Source: Antedon mediterranea (Eukaryota > Animalia > Echinodermata). From it: a DNA stretch of 64,000 nt. The stretch spans positions 3,635,888-3,699,887 of the forward strand of contig NC_092676.1 of NCBI RefSeq assembly GCF_964355755.1, written 5' to 3'. A model generated the notes under the pieces. That model was not told the DNA's origin. It did no database searches and saw only the letters and a list, made by a program, of their open reading frames with translations. Both the position numbers and the translations under genes were made by a program. The first letter of the stretch is position 1. Each line of letters starts with the position of its first letter. Of the stretch, positions 60,340 through 64,000 are shown one piece after another.

Positions 60340-62250
60340 ATGATGCACTCTGGTAATGTTTACTTACTGATTGTATTGACTTTAATATCTTTGTTTTCAT
60401 CATATGAGTCAAAGTTTGTTACTAGGCCATCATCCCCATTAACTGTTTTTCCAGGTCAGATTCTTTCTCTGCCATGTGTTTTAAAGAATGTCTTACCAAA
60501 TAACTCTGTAGTTCGATGGACTTATCGGAAATTATATTCAGAAAAATTACAAGTTATTTCAGAGAACAGAATACTAACCAATGATTCTGAAAACAGATTT
60601 GCCGAACATTTATTAATCCTTGGTGAAGGACTAAACTATACTCTACATTTGAAAATACTGAATCAAAGTTCATTACATTTTGGAACATCAACTAGTATCA
60701 GTGTAGATTATTTGTGTTCCATTTTTAAACCAAACATAGGAAATACTGATTCAGTAATTTCAAATATTATTATAAAGAAGTGGACATTTGATGCTCCTAC
60801 ATGCAAAGAAATAAATACAACTGTTGCCAATGGAGATACAATATCATTAGAATGCTTGCCACAATCAACAGATCCAGATGTTACAACAACTTTAACAGTG
60901 AACAAAGGAGCTTTACCTATTAATGGAATCCTCACTGTTTACTACGTAACTGTAACAAAAGAAAATGATACAGTGTTTATATGTGAATCAAGAAGAAAAG
61001 AAACAAATGAGAGAAGAAGTTGCTCTGTAGGTCCAATCACTGTCAACTATAAACCAGAGATTAACATCACACAAATATCACCACTGGAATACCACTGTAC
61101 TGCAGAGGCTAGACCATCTGTTAATAAAACAGTCTGGATTTTGGAAAACGGCAATACCTTAAATTACAGTATCAACATTTCAAATAATGTATTAACATTC
61201 AATGAACCACCTGAAGTTGATCAGCTGACAAATGTAACATGCAAAGGACAAATTGTTGTCGGGACGGCAATAAAAACATTAAGTGTACAAAAGAAATGTC
61301 AATTTGTTGAACCGGATTGTAACTCTCAATATGTTATAAATGTAAATACGACAACATTGGAATGTACTACTAATTGTAAACCTACAATCATCATAACAAC
61401 GCCAGAAATAAAACAAATCATAACTACTAAAGACGGATTATACATTGGACACAATATTAATGTAACAAAAGGTGAACACAATGCAACGTTTATTTGTAGT
61501 TCAAAGAAGAACATTTGTAGAACGATTCCAATACGTGAGATAACGACAACCGTTCCTGTAACACGCAACAGCGCAGATATCGATCAATACACTCAGTCTA
61601 GTATACAAGAACTAATAACCACGGTAAATAACATGTTAATCAAAAACGAGGATGAAACACAAGATAATAATGGTAACTGGATGAATATAATAATTTTGGT
61701 TATTGCAGTAAGTTTAGTATGCTTTTTTGTCATTATTCTTATAATACTTGTTTGTTTATATACACAAAAACAAAAGAAAGTTAAATCAAAAAATGAAACT
61801 ACGACAAAACCTTCACAACAGGAAGACAAGAAGGAGGATTCAATGGTTTTAAACTACGCAATGGGAAACATGGACAAGTATCAGGAAACAGAAAATGAAA
61901 TATACGTAGATGGAAATGAGGTTGATATTAATCAGCCAATCAGAGCGAACGAATTTGAAGATTTGGATGGATATATAGAAAATGAGAATGAAATATACGT
62001 AGATGGAAATGAGGTCTATATTAATCAGCCAATCAGAACGAACGAATTTGACGATTTGGATGGATATATAGAAAATGAGAATGAAATATACGTAGATGGA
62101 AATGAGGTCAATATTAATCAGCAAAGCAGAGTGAACAAATTTGAAAATTTGGATGGATATATAGAAAATGAGAATGAAATATATGTAGATGGAAATAAGG
62201 CTTATGTTAATCAGCCAATCAGAGAAAATGAATTTGAACATTTTGATTAA
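60340..62250 (+). CDS. Intronless 4-Ig TM receptor with a 31-aa Tyr repeat tail
   Basis: Signal, V, two Ig and an extra Ig2-like domain (EPDC..TLEC..NATFICSS), TM IIILVIAVSLVCFFVIILIILVCLY, then ENEIYVDGNEVDINQPIRANEFEDLDGYIEN x4. Confidence 0.9.
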   Translation: MMHSGNVYLLIVLTLISLFSSYESKFVTRPSSPLTVFPGQILSLPCVLKNVLPNNSVVRWTYRKLYSEKLQVISENRILTNDSENRFAEHLLILGEGLNYTLHLKILNQSSLHFGTSTSISVDYLCSIFKPNIGNTDSVISNIIIKKWTFDAPTCKEINTTVANGDTISLECLPQSTDPDVTTTLTVNKGALPINGILTVYYVTVTKENDTVFICESRRKETNERRSCSVGPITVNYKPEINITQISPLEYHCTAEARPSVNKTVWILENGNTLNYSINISNNVLTFNEPPEVDQLTNVTCKGQIVVGTAIKTLSVQKKCQFVEPDCNSQYVINVNTTTLECTTNCKPTIIITTPEIKQIITTKDGLYIGHNINVTKGEHNATFICSSKKNICRTIPIREITTTVPVTRNSADIDQYTQSSIQELITTVNNMLIKNEDETQDNNGNWMNIIILVIAVSLVCFFVIILIILVCLYTQKQKKVKSKNETTTKPSQQEDKKEDSMVLNYAMGNMDKYQETENEIYVDGNEVDINQPIRANEFEDLDGYIENENEIYVDGNEVYINQPIRTNEFDDLDGYIENENEIYVDGNEVNINQQSRVNKFENLDGYIENENEIYVDGNKAYVNQPIRENEFEHFD

Positions 62251-62325
62251 TATATAGAAAATGAGAATGAAATATACATAGATGGAAATGAGGTCGATAT
62301 ATTAATCAGCCAATCAGAGCGAACA
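61891..62325 (+). repeat. 93-nt tandem repeat, about 4.6 units, running past the stop codon
   Basis: AATGAAATATACGTAGATGGAAATGAGG recurs every 93 nt. Confidence 0.9.
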
Positions 62326-62743
62326 TTTTTTAACATTTAACGTTTAATATTCAAAACTTTAAAAAGTTCCTTATTAAATTTACACGCTTACATTGGTTTT
62401 ATTAATTACACAGTATGTCATGAAAACAATGCAATTGGTTAAAATGTTTACACTATGGGGTTACTACAAAATTTTATACACTAGCTACTGTATATCTATG
62501 CCATACAAATATCGAAAATACAAGAAAAACAAAACTGTGTTATGGTTGATCGAGTTTGATTAGCTACCAGATAATGAGTAAAAACTACAGAGTTTTGAAT
62601 GTAAATTGTAAAACTTTCGTTGTATGAGGAACAAGATGCATACTGTAGATGCTACAGTGTATTCTGCACATTCTACTATCGCTGGCTTCAACTACTTTTC
62701 TCTACTCTACCTTTCTACATGATCAAACAACTTTGAAATCAAC

Positions 62744-64000
62744 ATGACTGGAGATTGTGATGTTTTCTTCCTGGTTGTATTGACTTTATTGTCTTCATCT
62801 TCACTTGCTAATGTTGAGTTTGTTACTAAGCCACCATCAAATGTGACTGTCTATCCAGGTCAGAATGTTTCACTGCCTTGTGTTTTTGAGAATTTAATTC
62901 TAAATCACCACATAGTAGAATGGAGTTATTGGCCAAGTTACGAGTATAAGGAGATTATTTCACATGACAGAAATATTTTGTTACCAAGTATTAATAACAT
63001 TGCTGAAAGTTACTCAATTCTAGGTGATGAAATGAATTTCACACTTTTTATCAAAATACCAAGTTCAATAGACTTTAAATCATCTTCTAGTATAAAAACT
63101 GATTATAGATGCTCTGTGTATGAGCTAATCAAAGATGTCCCTATTGAAATAGCAATTTCAACTGTCGTCATACCGAAATATACATTTCATTCTCCAGTGT
63201 GTGGAGCAATCATCAAAACTGTTGTCATGGGAGAAACATTATTATTAGGATGTTGGCCACCAGAGACAGATTATAATGTTACAACAATTTTAACTGTAAA
63301 CAAACAAGTTCTACCTACTACTTATTATAATGGGGGCATTGCTTACAACTTGACTGTAACAAAAGAGTACCATAATGCAGTGTTTGTATGTGAATCGAGA
63401 AGAAAAGAAACAAATGAGACCAGAAGTTGCTCTGTAGGCCCACTCACTGTCAACTACAAACCAGAGATTAACATCACACAGATATCACCACTGGAATACA
63501 TCTGTACTGCAGAGGCTAGACCACCTGTTGATACAACAGTCTGGATTGTGGAATCTAGTGTTCCAGAAGATCACTTTACTATTTCAAATAAGACTTTGAA
63601 ATTTATTAAATTGCCAAAAGTTGGTTCTGAAATAACATGTGAAGCAGGAAATCTTTTGGGAAAAGAATCCAAGTCAATGATCATTCCATTGTTGAACAAT
63701 AATGATGAAGAAAAAATCAAAATTTACATGATCATATTATGCGTTGTAATAACTATTAACATCATTGTTGCAATTGGCGTTTGCTACCTTAAATATAAAA
63801 AGAAACAAAATAATAACAATACTGATGATGACTATGATGATACCACTGAAAGGCAGGAGAGACAAGATGAAGATGAATATCAAATACCTGACAAAAGTAC
63901 CAGTCAACATTACCAATCATTAACATCAGAAACAATGGCTACTAAAAATGATACCACTTATGAAACTGCTTTCACAATTGACAAAGGTCAGAGTGCAAAG
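62744..64000 (+). CDS. Intronless 3-Ig TM receptor, closest paralog of 56893; runs off the window (not in the ORF track)
   Basis: Manual translation MTGDCDVFFLVVLTLLSSSSLANVEFVTKPP..LPC..W..YRC..TM IYMIILCVVITINIIVAIGVCYL..DEYQIPDK..HYQSL, open to base 64000. Confidence 0.9.
   Translation, partial: MTGDCDVFFLVVLTLLSSSSLANVEFVTKPPSNVTVYPGQNVSLPCVFENLILNHHIVEWSYWPSYEYKEIISHDRNILLPSINNIAESYSILGDEMNFTLFIKIPSSIDFKSSSSIKTDYRCSVYELIKDVPIEIAISTVVIPKYTFHSPVCGAIIKTVVMGETLLLGCWPPETDYNVTTILTVNKQVLPTTYYNGGIAYNLTVTKEYHNAVFVCESRRKETNETRSCSVGPLTVNYKPEINITQISPLEYICTAEARPPVDTTVWIVESSVPEDHFTISNKTLKFIKLPKVGSEITCEAGNLLGKESKSMIIPLLNNNDEEKIKIYMIILCVVITINIIVAIGVCYLKYKKKQNNNNTDDDYDDTTERQERQDEDEYQIPDKSTSQHYQSLTSETMATKNDTTYETAFTIDKGQSAK

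Noticed and set aside
58328-62241. Hydrophobic antisense ORFs (58328-58792, 61849-62241 and similar)
   Set aside because: They are shadows of repetitive sense-strand coding sequence.

Overview
AT-rich animal genomic DNA. It looks like a marine invertebrate deuterostome, probably an echinoderm; this is an inference from gene content, repeat types and frequent TAGGCCTA words. The window is dominated by two tandem arrays of single-exon immunoglobulin-superfamily type-I membrane receptors (signal peptide, V-type Ig, 2-3 further Ig domains, TM, long Tyr-rich tail). Array 1 (1-18.5 kb) has two intact genes ending in a SIRP/PD-1-like ITIM pair, one disrupted gene and two tail remnants with a different YEN/YDY tail, and a partial duplicate. 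Array 2 (46-64 kb) has six members with divergent V loops and independently amplified Tyr-motif tandem repeats. It appears to lie antisense inside an intron of an SCI1-like gene. Between the arrays are a two-exon 3-Ig adhesion-type gene, BLOC1S3 head-to-head with SNIP1, and the 3' exons of the SCI1-like gene. Many transposon insertions have readable TSDs (L1/Tx1 LINE, nested 9-bp-TSD foldback elements, Harbinger elements and MITEs, an Academ-like element). All calls are by eye, with no database searches.
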